Shown: positions 30,050 through 39,796 of the stretch, piece after piece
How positions within the stretch are numbered: position 1 is the stretch's first letter
Layout: every line of letters starts with the position of its first letter
DNA from: an uncultured Nostoc sp.
GTDB lineage: Bacteria; Cyanobacteriota; Cyanobacteriia; Cyanobacteriales; Nostocaceae
Length of the DNA stretch: 64,000 nt
Direction of reading: 5' to 3'
Assembly (NCBI RefSeq): GCF_937863485.1
Contig: NZ_CALMFY010000104.1
Coordinates: 16,001 to 80,000 of the forward strand
Translations under genes and position numbers: made by a program
The notes under the pieces: model-generated
What the model was told of the DNA's origin: nothing
The model's database searches: none
The model's input: the letters and a program-made list of their open reading frames with translations, nothing else

Positions 30050-30508
30050 TAAATTACCTTAACAATATTTTTCTTATTACAGTTCTTTATTGTGACACAG
30101 GTAGGGCGTGGGAGAAATCAATTCAAAATTCACTCATTCAAAATTCAAAATTGTACCCTTACGGGGATCTTGCTAGCAAGAGCGTCTGGTAGAGAAGAAA
30201 AAGGCTGAGGGAGATGTAGCTTTAGCTTCGTGCAGCGTGGGAGTTCAGGAAGATGAAGTATAACAAATCCCCAATGCCCAATAGACATTGGGCACTAATG
30301 ACTACTAGCTGCGTCAAACATCTTATAACTTTGCTAGGTCTGCTTTAGTTTTTCTGGTGCAAAAGTTCCATAAGCAGGGAATGAACAACTACCAACTCAT
30401 CAATCCCGCAGTAAGCATAAATACTTGTAGACTATCTGAATGGTTAGTAGATTCAATCATCAAAGCGAGCAATGGAGTGTGTAGGTAGCTAATGCATCAT
30501 TCAAATCT

Positions 30509-31732
30509 ATGAAATTACCTTTTCTTGTTCAAAGTTGGCGGCGTAAATGCACAGCAGCTTGTCGTCAGATATTGCTCAAGTATCTTTTTCCGATTCTCAT
30601 TTTAATATCCTTTGTTACGGTATTGCTGGTAGACAACTTTACCCCTGCGATCGCACAGTTACCGCGTCAGGAAATTCGCGGGGTTTGGATGACCACCAAT
30701 GATTTTGACACCCTCAAGAGTCGCGATAAAGTGCAGGATGCGGTGAGTCAACTACAACAGATGAACCTCAACACAATCTATCCTGTAGTGTGGAATTCTG
30801 GCTATGTAATGTATCCCAGTGCCTTAGCACAACGTGCAGGTATTCAACCTTTTGTCTACAAAGGTTCAGATGGGCATGATATTCTGGCAGACCTGATTAC
30901 CCAAGCCCATCACAAAGGATTGCTAGTAATTCCCTGGTTTGAATTTGGTTTCATGGCTCCCTCAACCTCAGAACTGGCACTGAATTACCCAGATTGGTTC
31001 ACACAAAAGCGGGATGGTAGCCAAACTTCCATCAGTGCAGCTGGTGAGGTGATGTGGCTCAATCCGTTCTATCCACAAGTGCAACAGTTCATCACCAATC
31101 TCGTGCTGGAAACTATTACCCAATATGATGCCGATGGTATTCAGTTTGACGATCATATGAGTTTGCCCTCCGAATTTGGCTACGATCAATATACAGTTGC
31201 CTTGTACACCCAAGAAACCAATAATCCTCCCCCAACCGATGCCCAAGATGCGGTATGGGTACAGTGGCGGGCAGATAAAATTACGGCGTTCATGGTACAA
31301 CTTAACCAAGCTGTGAAGCAGAAAAAACCCCAGGCGATTTTCTCCGTTGCTCCCAATTACTATGATTTGGCTTACAAGTTTCATCTGCAAGATTGGCTGA
31401 GTTGGATACGGCAAAATATTGTGGACGAGTTAATTGTGCAAATTTATCGTCCAAATCTGCAAAGTTTTGTGGCAAATATTTCCCGTGCAGAAATTCAAGA
31501 AGCGCAACAAATAATTCCAACTGGAATTGGCATTATGACAGGGTTACGAAATAATCCAGTTCCCATGCAGCAAATTAAGTCTCAGGTGCGGGCTGCCCAA
31601 GAACGCGGTTTAGGCGTAACCTTCTTTTATTATGAAAGTCTTTGGAACGATGCCTTAGAACCCTTAAACGAGCGACAAGCTGGATTTGAAAGTCTTTTTC
31701 CATCTCCTGCACTCCGCGCCAGAGTTGAATAA
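30509..31732 (+). CDS. Glycoside hydrolase family 10-like (GHL10/DUF187) protein
   Basis: EIRGVWMT, NTIYPVVW, IPWFEFG, WLNPF.PQVQ, DGIQFDDH, QDW..W, DEL..QIY. Confidence 0.88.
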   Translation: MKLPFLVQSWRRKCTAACRQILLKYLFPILILISFVTVLLVDNFTPAIAQLPRQEIRGVWMTTNDFDTLKSRDKVQDAVSQLQQMNLNTIYPVVWNSGYVMYPSALAQRAGIQPFVYKGSDGHDILADLITQAHHKGLLVIPWFEFGFMAPSTSELALNYPDWFTQKRDGSQTSISAAGEVMWLNPFYPQVQQFITNLVLETITQYDADGIQFDDHMSLPSEFGYDQYTVALYTQETNNPPPTDAQDAVWVQWRADKITAFMVQLNQAVKQKKPQAIFSVAPNYYDLAYKFHLQDWLSWIRQNIVDELIVQIYRPNLQSFVANISRAEIQEAQQIIPTGIGIMTGLRNNPVPMQQIKSQVRAAQERGLGVTFFYYESLWNDALEPLNERQAGFESLFPSPALRARVE

Positions 31733-31952
31733 TTTTTCTCTTTCAGATGAGGTTACTGTACTAGAAATTAAGGTTTTTACGCCTAATGGTAGTGCGATCA
31801 CCTGTTGTCCTGAAAGGCTCAGATTTAGTATTAAAAATTACAATGGTTCAATCTAATTTTTCTATAATTCCTTCAAATAGGCAATTTGAGATGTTGAATT
31901 CAAGTTGGAGCCGCTAAAATCTATACATCTGACCAAGTATTTCCATTGCCAG

Positions 31953-34694
31953 ATGACAACTCCAATACCTTACTACATCTCTCGCAAACAGGCTCATGAC
32001 TTTCTAGCTAAGTTTGCCAAAGCACTGGAATTTCCAGAGTCTAACCCACTGCTGTCTCAGGTTTATGGGTTTGGAGGAGTTGGTAAAACTACCGTCCTCA
32101 AACAAGTAAAACAGACGCACGAATTGCAAGCTGACTTTGCACAGGTGTCCTTTGGGCTGACACCAGGTATTGAAACGCCACTGAAGCTAATGGAAAAGCT
32201 TTATGAGCTATTGCCAAAACCTACCGGACTCTGGCAAAGGAATTTATTACCTAAACCCGACCCTTTTATATCACTTTATGAGCAGTATCAGGAAACTGTT
32301 TACAAGCTGAAAACTGAACCTGTAGAAGGTAAATCAGTTGATACACAGCAACAGAATACAGTTAAAGATTGGTTTGAATTAGGAACAGCCACACTACTAG
32401 CCACAGGTGCAGGCTACTTCGGAGATCACGGAACAGCATTAAGTTTAGGTTTGGATGCTACGGTCAAGGCTGGGGGAATGTTATCAGATGCATCACAGGC
32501 ACTCAAACCGACGAAAGAGCGTATCCAAGAACTGCTGCAAGAGCATCCAGCTACGAAGAATGACAAAGAGCTTCAGGAGTTGATGCTGGAACCAATACCC
32601 AAGTTGACTCATGCATTTGCTCAAGGGTTGATCCAGAAAACTCAAAGACACAAGCGCTCGATTGTACTGGTTCTAGATACTTATGAAAAGGCATCGTCAG
32701 ATATTGACACTTGGCTGTGGCAGTATTTGTTAGAAGATACGCCCCTTAAGTCTTATGGTGTACGTATTTTGGTAGCAGGACGACGTTCTTTACTAGAAAA
32801 AGAAAGTTGGCGGAAGTTGCAACAGGATCGGGATTTAATCTATGAACAACGACTAGATGAATTCAACAAAGAACAAACTAAGGAATATCTTCAGCATATT
32901 GGCATTACTAAATCTGGAGATATTCAGAAAATATATAAAGCTACTAGAGGCTTACCCTACTATCTCAACTGGATTAGAGGGGAGAAGGAAGCAGGTAGAG
33001 AAATTGACTTTTCTCGTGGCAACCAAGCAATTATTGACCTGCTAACGCAAGGACTGAGTACAAAGCAAAAACAGATAGTGCAATTGGCGGCTTGTTGTCG
33101 TTGGTTTGATCGGTCGCTGGTTCAATATTTAATGCAAAAACAAGGAATAGACTTTGAAACTGGTGTTCATGCAACTATCGACTGTTTTGATTGGCTAACA
33201 AAGTGCGATTTTGTTGAGTTTGTTCAAGGTCACTATCGGCTGGATGATGTAGCTCGTGATATTTTTCGTCTGTCATTTTGTCAGGAGGACAAGACGCGAT
33301 TTCGTGAAACCCATGAACTGCTAGCCACATATTTTGAGAAACGAGCTAACCAAGAAGTTGCTCCAGATAGCCCTGAACCAGAAAAATACGATAACTCTGA
33401 TTGGCGTCAATACACTGCTGAATTTCTCTATCATGCTCTCTTTGCGAGAAGAAATGAGGGTCAGCGTCAATTTATTTCCCATTTCTTTGCTTCTCGCTAT
33501 CTTAAACAACTTGAAGTAGTAATGATTCCTTTCGCCGCAGTTGTCGCAGAAGCAGCAGTAGAGAATTATAGTCTCTTGCCTGATTCAACTGAGAAGTTTC
33601 TGAAAAGCATAAAATTGGGCTTTATCTTTAGTTGGATGATGTTACCAGAAAATCCAGCTAAATATGAAAAAATTAACTACGAGAATGTGATTGGCCCCTC
33701 TAAAGAAGAAATAGAGGCAGCATTACGACCTTGTTTTAGTCAAGTTGACTTTTTGGAAGATGGACTGGGTAAATATACAGGACTGTTGTCCAAATCCATA
33801 CGTAGTCAACCAAATCAGCAAGTTGATTTGCTACAGAGGGCAGCAGAGCAGGCTGAAAAAATTGCAAATGATAGTTATCCTAGTTATCCTGAATTCAGCA
33901 GTAGTCTATTTTTAAATTTAGGTGATCAACAGGATAATCTAGATAATTATCAAGAAGCGGTCGTGAGTTACAGCAGAGCCTTAATAATTCAAGATGACAA
34001 TCCCATAATTTATTACTGCCAGGGCAATGTCTTGGTAAAATTAGGTCGTCATGAAGAGGCACTCACTAGCTACGATAAAGCCTTGCAAATTAAAGATGAC
34101 TATTGCGATGCCTGGAACAATCGAGGCTCGGTACTGGCAGAATTAGAGCATTATCAAGAAGCACTTGCTAGTTTCTATAAAGCTTTAGCAATTAAAGATG
34201 ATGACCTGAATGTATTGAAAAACATAGTTGTAACACTGATGTTCTTACATTCTTAGAAAGAGGGAATTACTATCTGTAATAAGTTCTTAAATATTCAACC
34301 CAATGCTCCTGAGATTTTAAACAACAAGGGTTTGATATTAAGTTTCTTGGGGTGTTATGATGAAGCATTAGCTAACCTCAATAAAGCTGTGAAACTTCAA
34401 CCAGAATATCCGCTTTGGTGGGCCAACCAAGGGATTGTATTAGCTCGTGCAGGGCGTTACCAAGATTCACTGGCTAGTTGTGAGAAAGCTTTAGAACTAC
34501 AAGCTAATGATGAGAGTAGTTATTACGGCAAAGCTTGCTATTTCGCCTTACAAAATGATGTTTATTTAGCCATTGAAAACCTACAACAAGCAATTAATCT
34601 CAATCCTCGTCGATGTCGTAGGGAAGCAAAATTTAACCCTGATTTTGATAGCATTCGGGACAATGTAAGATTTCAGGCATTGCTGCAAAGTTAA
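31953..34694 (+). pseudogene. STAND-like P-loop NTPase + TPR protein interrupted by one in-frame TAG (34254-34256)
   Basis: Walker A GFGGVGKT, Walker B LVLDTYE, sensor ILVAGR, GxP (TRGLPYYL), TPR repeats. ORFs 31905..34256 and 34332..34694 share a frame, and the 25 codons between them are open and TPR-like (KEGITICNKFLNIQPNAPEILNNKG). Confidence 0.8.
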
Positions 34695-34812
34695 ATGAGC
34701 AGCTTACATTTACGAGTGAGGTATTTATAATTAAAAAAAGATCCAATTTTTAGTATGCGTTAGGCGTACAAGGTAACATAGTGTTGGCAGATTCACCAAA
34801 TTTTGGGCCGTA

Positions 34813-34915
34813 ATATCATGTCCGCCTGAACACTTACGATAAAATTGAGGCTGAGATGTTCAAATATAAGAACTATGGAAATTTTTTATCGTAACTAATT
34901 ACCCGGACATGATAT
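34813..34915. mobile_element. MITE (103 bp)
   Basis: TIR ATATCATGTCCG / CGGACATGATAT plus subterminal inverted TTACGATAAAA. Confidence 0.75.
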
Positions 34916-35049
34916 AACCTACCGTTTTCAGACATCTTCTAAGCCTTGCTATGACTAACAGCAAAGCACTAAAAACTGTAGCTGGCGGCTTTTCTCCTAA
35001 AACTATGCTCTAAAATTTATGTAACCTAAATTTATTAAAGCTTTAATTT

Positions 35050-35268
35050 ATGCTTCTTACCGAACTCATACCACTGCTTAAAGAATTATCCCATACTGAT
35101 AAACTCTTGCTAATACATTTCCTGGCAGCCGAATTGTTGAAGGAATCAAGTTTAGTTTCATTGGATGCTCAAGACAAAGTAGTTAGTCAAGGCTTATATA
35201 ATTCTTTTGAAGCTGCTGCTGTTTTAGCAAAGGCACTAGCAGAAGAACAAGCGGCAACACATGGTTGA
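35050..35268 (+). CDS. Small hypothetical protein (72 aa)
   Basis: Helical ORF (LKELSHTDKLLLIHFLAAEL...YNSFEAAAVL) overlapping the next gene by 8 nt. Confidence 0.75.
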   Translation: MLLTELIPLLKELSHTDKLLLIHFLAAELLKESSLVSLDAQDKVVSQGLYNSFEAAAVLAKALAEEQAATHG

Positions 35269-35680
35269 TAAAGTTAGATTTGCATTTACTGAGGTAAATC
35301 CAGAACTCGGTGCATTAAGTAGGCTGCCTTATCTACCGCTAATTCTAACTTATCAGAATCGTTGTGTAAGTGTATCAGGCTTACTAGATACTGGTTCTAG
35401 TGTCAACGTATTGCCCTACGAAATCGGATTAAAGCTGGGAGCAGTTTGGGAGCGTCAAAGGCTCTCAGTTCGATTGGGTGGTAATTTGGCTAGGTTTGAG
35501 GCGAGAGCATTGGTGTTGATGGCAAATGTTGAGCAATTTCCGACAGTAGAGCTAGCTTTTGCTTGGACAAGAGATAGAAACGCCCCATTGATTTTAGGAC
35601 ACATGAATTTCTTTTTAGCGTTTGATGTGTGCTTCTATCGTTCTGAATTAGCATTTGAAATCAGCCCTAAAATAGTCTGA
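35261..35680 (+). CDS. Retropepsin-like (clan AA) aspartic protease
   Basis: GLLDTGSSVNVLP (DTG catalytic motif) and C-terminal PLILG..FF. Confidence 0.8.
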   Translation: MVDKVRFAFTEVNPELGALSRLPYLPLILTYQNRCVSVSGLLDTGSSVNVLPYEIGLKLGAVWERQRLSVRLGGNLARFEARALVLMANVEQFPTVELAFAWTRDRNAPLILGHMNFFLAFDVCFYRSELAFEISPKIV

Positions 35681-35733
35681 TGGAAATAGTGAAACCCAAC
35701 ATCATATTAGGTCAACGTTGGGTTTCACAGCAT

Positions 35734-36471
35734 TCAACTAGCTTGATTCGGTGGTATTGCTTCCGGTGGTATTTCCGCTGGGGGAGCGAGTACCGCGTCT
35801 GGCGCAATTTCTTCTACGGAAATCGGTTGTTTTTCCTCAATTTCAACATTTGCCTGCGCTGCTTCCACCAATTCAGGAGATGGGGGATGTGGTGGAATCG
35901 CTTCCGGTATACTCTTGGTTTTTGCTTCGGTGTCGGTAGTAACTGTCTTCTCTGCTGGTTGTTCTGGTATAGAAATAGTTTTGTCGATAATCTCAACAGC
36001 AGGTTTCTCTGTCAGTACAGAGGTAATATCTTCAGGTTTGGGGGTTGTGGATGGCTTTTTACTCACAGTCTGTTGCACCTTATCTTTCACGCCACTGAAG
36101 GTGCTACCAAGACCTTTTTGCAACTGGCCCAGCCGTTGCTGAAGGGACAAATTATTTACCTGTTCCTGAATACCAGTTTTCACCGTCTCAGGACTGGGTA
36201 CTTGGGTTTGTTGTGCCTGCGGAGTCAATTGCCGACGTAATGATAGAGTTTGCCAGCCAAACCAGACCAAAAGAGCCACACTAGCCACATGACCCAGCAA
36301 CAAACCCCCAGTAATGCGTGGTGCAAACACCCATAAGACTAAGGCATAGAATAGTCCTACACCACTCCAGATAAAGTCATTCTTGCGGTGGATTTCTGGG
36401 AAAAAGAAAGCTGCTATGTAAATGGCTAAACTACCAAGACCGACCACTAAAGCTAGGACATATGCCAGCAT
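35734..36471 (-). CDS. ycf66: Ycf66 family protein
   Basis: FFFPEIHRKNDFIWSGVGLFYALVLW...RITGGLLLG, followed by a Pro/Glu-rich tail. Confidence 0.85.
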   Translation of the reverse strand: MLAYVLALVVGLGSLAIYIAAFFFPEIHRKNDFIWSGVGLFYALVLWVFAPRITGGLLLGHVASVALLVWFGWQTLSLRRQLTPQAQQTQVPSPETVKTGIQEQVNNLSLQQRLGQLQKGLGSTFSGVKDKVQQTVSKKPSTTPKPEDITSVLTEKPAVEIIDKTISIPEQPAEKTVTTDTEAKTKSIPEAIPPHPPSPELVEAAQANVEIEEKQPISVEEIAPDAVLAPPAEIPPEAIPPNQAS

Positions 36472-36686
36472 TATTTGGGTACTCCTTACTACGTCCTTTG
36501 ACTATTTCAATTTTGCAAATTTTGCAAGTTAATTGTTGATTTAGATACAATTTAAAATTAATTATCCGTGTTAGTTGTGGATTTTTGTCGTTTATTCAAC
36601 TCTTAAGGTCTTCTTTAGGAGAGAACGGAAAATCTCGGACTACGCTTAAAGTAAAAGGATCTGCAAGAGTTAGCCAGAAATTTTTT

Positions 36687-38192
36687 ATGACACTACAAAG
36701 CTTTGGTGTGATTGGATTAGCCGTTATGGGTGAGAACATCGCTCTAAACGTGGAGCGCAATGGCTTCCCAATCGCAGTATACAACCGCTCGCGTGATAAA
36801 ACCGACAAATTCATGGCAGAGCGTGCCCCAGGACGGAACGTTAAAGCCGCCTTTACCCTGGAAGAATTTGTGGCTGCATTGGAACGTCCTCGTAAAATCC
36901 TAGTGATGGTGCAAGCTGGTAAGCCAGTAGATGCAGTAATTTCTCAACTCAAACCCTTGTTAGACGAAGGCGATATCATTATCGACGGTGGCAACTCTTG
37001 GTTTGAAGATACAGAACGACGCACTCAGGAATTAGAACCCGCTGGACTTCGGTTTATCGGTATGGGTGTTAGTGGTGGTGAAGAAGGTGCGCTAAATGGC
37101 CCCTCACTGATGCCTGGAGGTACAGAAAGCTCCTACGAGTATCTCTCACCAATTTTTAATAAAATTGCTGCCCAAGTTGATGATGGCCCTTGCGTAACCT
37201 ATTGCGGTCCTGGTGGTGCCGGTCACTACGTCAAAATGGTACACAACGGTATCGAGTATGGCGATATGCAGTTAATTGCAGAAGCATACGACTTGCTGAA
37301 AAATGTTGCTGGACTAGACCATAATCAGCTACACGAAGTTTTTACCGAATGGAACACCACCGACGAACTCAATTCGTTTTTGATTGAAATTACAGCGAAG
37401 ATTTTCCCCTACATTGACTCAGAAACAAATCTACCCTTAGTCGATTTGATTGTTGATGCCGCAGGGCAAAAGGGAACTGGACGCTGGACAGTGCAAACTG
37501 CAATGGATTTGGGAGTTGCTGTACCAACAATGATTGCAGCGGTGAACGCCCGGATAATGTCTTCTTTCAAAAAAGAGCGGGTAGCAGCATCCAAGATACT
37601 CACAGGTCCTTCTGGCAAGTATGAGGGAGATACCAAAGCCTTTATCAATATGGTGCGAGATGCCCTGTATTGCTCGAAAATCTGTTCTTACGCTCAGGGC
37701 ATGGCATTGTTGGCTACAGCTTCAAAAACCTACAATTTTAACTTGCATTTAGGTGAACTGGCGCGGATTTGGAAGGGTGGCTGTATTATTCGCGCTGGAT
37801 TTTTGAATAAGATTAAGAACGCATTTAGCGAAAATCCAGCGCCACCTAACCTGTTATTGGCTCCGGAATTCAGGCAGACAATTCTCGACAGACAAACAGC
37901 TTGGCGCGAAGTGTTGGCAACAGCAGCAAAACTGGGAATTCCAGTGCCAGCATTCAGTGCATCATTAGATTATTTTGACAGTTATCGACGCGATCGCTTG
38001 CCCCAAAACCTCACTCAAGCCCAACGCGACTACTTCGGGGCGCACACCTACGAGCGACTTGATAAGCCTGGAGCCTTCCACACCGAATGGACACCGATTT
38101 CTGAAGCATCAGTGCAAACTTCCACACCAAGAGAGCTGCAAGCTACAGAACCAACTACACCTACAACACCTACAACTTCTCCAAAAATTTAG
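36687..38192 (+). CDS. gnd: 6-phosphogluconate dehydrogenase, NADP-dependent
   Basis: GVIGLAVMGENIALN, YNRS, IIDGGN, GMGVSGGEEGA, YVKMVHNGIEY, QAQRDYFGAHTY. Confidence 0.99.
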   Translation: MTLQSFGVIGLAVMGENIALNVERNGFPIAVYNRSRDKTDKFMAERAPGRNVKAAFTLEEFVAALERPRKILVMVQAGKPVDAVISQLKPLLDEGDIIIDGGNSWFEDTERRTQELEPAGLRFIGMGVSGGEEGALNGPSLMPGGTESSYEYLSPIFNKIAAQVDDGPCVTYCGPGGAGHYVKMVHNGIEYGDMQLIAEAYDLLKNVAGLDHNQLHEVFTEWNTTDELNSFLIEITAKIFPYIDSETNLPLVDLIVDAAGQKGTGRWTVQTAMDLGVAVPTMIAAVNARIMSSFKKERVAASKILTGPSGKYEGDTKAFINMVRDALYCSKICSYAQGMALLATASKTYNFNLHLGELARIWKGGCIIRAGFLNKIKNAFSENPAPPNLLLAPEFRQTILDRQTAWREVLATAAKLGIPVPAFSASLDYFDSYRRDRLPQNLTQAQRDYFGAHTYERLDKPGAFHTEWTPISEASVQTSTPRELQATEPTTPTTPTTSPKI

Positions 38193-38214
38193 AGAGTTTT
38201 AGATTGTAAATTTG

Positions 38215-38244
38215 AAAGTGGCTCTTTGAGAGTCACTTTTTTTT
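38215..38244 (+). terminator. Intrinsic terminator after gnd
   Basis: AAAGTGGCTCT-TTG-AGAGTCACTTT followed by a T run. Confidence 0.75.
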
Positions 38245-38414
38245 GTCAATTATCACTGTTAATTATTCATTGTTAAGCTAATGCATATTTAACTTGTATA
38301 TTTTTCATTTTAGAGAAAAGGCACAATCTTTCTCCCCTGTTCCTCTGCCCCTCTGCTGCCTAAATGTGCTTTCTTAAATGTGTAACAGCTTATGTTCTCC
38401 CCCCTACCTTAATA

Positions 38415-39575
38415 TTAAGAGTTGTTATTACCAAGATATTTGGCTTTTAATTCTTCTAATTCTTCATCTATTTTGCTTTTACTATGAGGCTGAGATGTAG
38501 GGTTTGGTGGCTGTATTTTATTTGTTTGAGGTTTGTTGCCACCCAAAAATTGGGTTTTCATTTCCTCTAATTCCTGATCAATTTGACTAGGAGATTTTGA
38601 TACAAAAGCGGGTGGAGAATTTTGTGGTGATTGAGCGATAGGTTTTGCCGCTATCGCTGGCGTGGCTGCTGCTTGCGGCTGGTGATTTAAGTCTTTGAAA
38701 ACTTCATCTACTGTTTGGTAACGCCGCACTGGAATACTTTCTAGCATCTTGTTGAGAATGCGACTCAACTGATTATTGACGGGAGTTTGCAAGTATTGCT
38801 GCCATACCCAAGTATCGTTGTTGGTATCATAGGAATCGAAGGGCGATCGCTTAGTTAATAAATTAATACAAGTAGCACCCAAACTGTAAATATCACTGGC
38901 GAAAACAGCCCTACCTCTCATTTGTTCAGGTGCAACATATTCTGGACTACCAATACTAGTACCAGTTTGATTTAAGGCAGTGCCAGTGGCCGATTTAGCA
39001 GCACCAAAATCTACTAATACTAGTTTGCGTTGGGCTTCGCCCTTGCCGTAGGCATCGCTTTCGCGGATAATATTTTCTGGCTTAATATCGCGGTGAATTA
39101 CGTGTCTGGCATGACAAAATTGCAAAACTGACAATAAATCATTTAATAGTTGCCGGATTTGTATTTCATTGAAAGCACCTCTATGTGCCAATTCCTGGGC
39201 TAAGTTTTGCCCGTCGATAAATTCTTGGACAAGATACTGCCGATCTTGTTGGGTAAAATATGCTAGTAGTTCGGGAATTTGGGGATGTTTGCCCAATTCA
39301 TCTAACTGCACCGCTTCTTGGTTAAATAACTCTACAGCTTTTGCAAGAGTGTTAGTGCCTTGGGCTTGGGGATAAAATTGCTTAATCACGCAGCGTGGTT
39401 TTGAGGGTTTATCCTCATCCACAGCTAAGAAGGTTTTGCCAAAACCACCTTGTCCGATTGGTTTGATAGCACGGTAACGTTCTTTGAGGAGTAGCTTAGA
39501 ACCGCAAGTCCGGCAAAACTTCACATTAGCAGGATTTTCCGGCTTGGGACAATGGGGGTTAAGGCAGTAGCTCAT
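38415..39575 (-). CDS. Ser/Thr protein kinase with N-terminal 4-Cys prefix
   Basis: YCLNPHC...CRTCG, GQGGFG, VIKQ, HRDIKPEN, DFG, GSPEYVAPE, SDIYSLG. Confidence 0.95.
   Translation of the reverse strand: MSYCLNPHCPKPENPANVKFCRTCGSKLLLKERYRAIKPIGQGGFGKTFLAVDEDKPSKPRCVIKQFYPQAQGTNTLAKAVELFNQEAVQLDELGKHPQIPELLAYFTQQDRQYLVQEFIDGQNLAQELAHRGAFNEIQIRQLLNDLLSVLQFCHARHVIHRDIKPENIIRESDAYGKGEAQRKLVLVDFGAAKSATGTALNQTGTSIGSPEYVAPEQMRGRAVFASDIYSLGATCINLLTKRSPFDSYDTNNDTWVWQQYLQTPVNNQLSRILNKMLESIPVRRYQTVDEVFKDLNHQPQAAATPAIAAKPIAQSPQNSPPAFVSKSPSQIDQELEEMKTQFLGGNKPQTNKIQPPNPTSQPHSKSKIDEELEELKAKYLGNNNS
39027..39059. repeat. Small dispersed repeat within the kinase CDS
   Basis: Minus strand AGCGATGCCTACGGCAAGGGCGAAGCCCAACGC, between HRDIKPENII and KLVLVDFG. 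Confidence 0.7.
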
Positions 39576-39796
39576 ACAGGCGATCGCTCTTATATGTCTT
39601 TATTTTCTCCTGTCCCTGGCAAAAGGGTGTAATCAACAGATTTTGGATTTTAAATTTTGGATTTTGGATTTGTGTCATCCAGAAGGAGTGAAAGCGCGTA
39701 GCGGGATGTTAGTCTGGCATGAGCCAAAAGAATCTAAAATCTAAAATTGGCTCGGTCATTACTCATAATCAAGAGCGTAGGCGCACTGCTAGCTAA

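Noticed and set aside
34254-34330. Selenocysteine or pyrrolysine recoding of the internal stop
   Set aside because: The codon is TAG, not TGA; no SECIS-like hairpin follows; pyrrolysine machinery is not expected in cyanobacteria.
35680-36240. 186-aa + strand ORF abutting the protease gene (possible third operon member)
   Set aside because: It lies almost entirely antisense to ycf66 and has non-protein-like composition.
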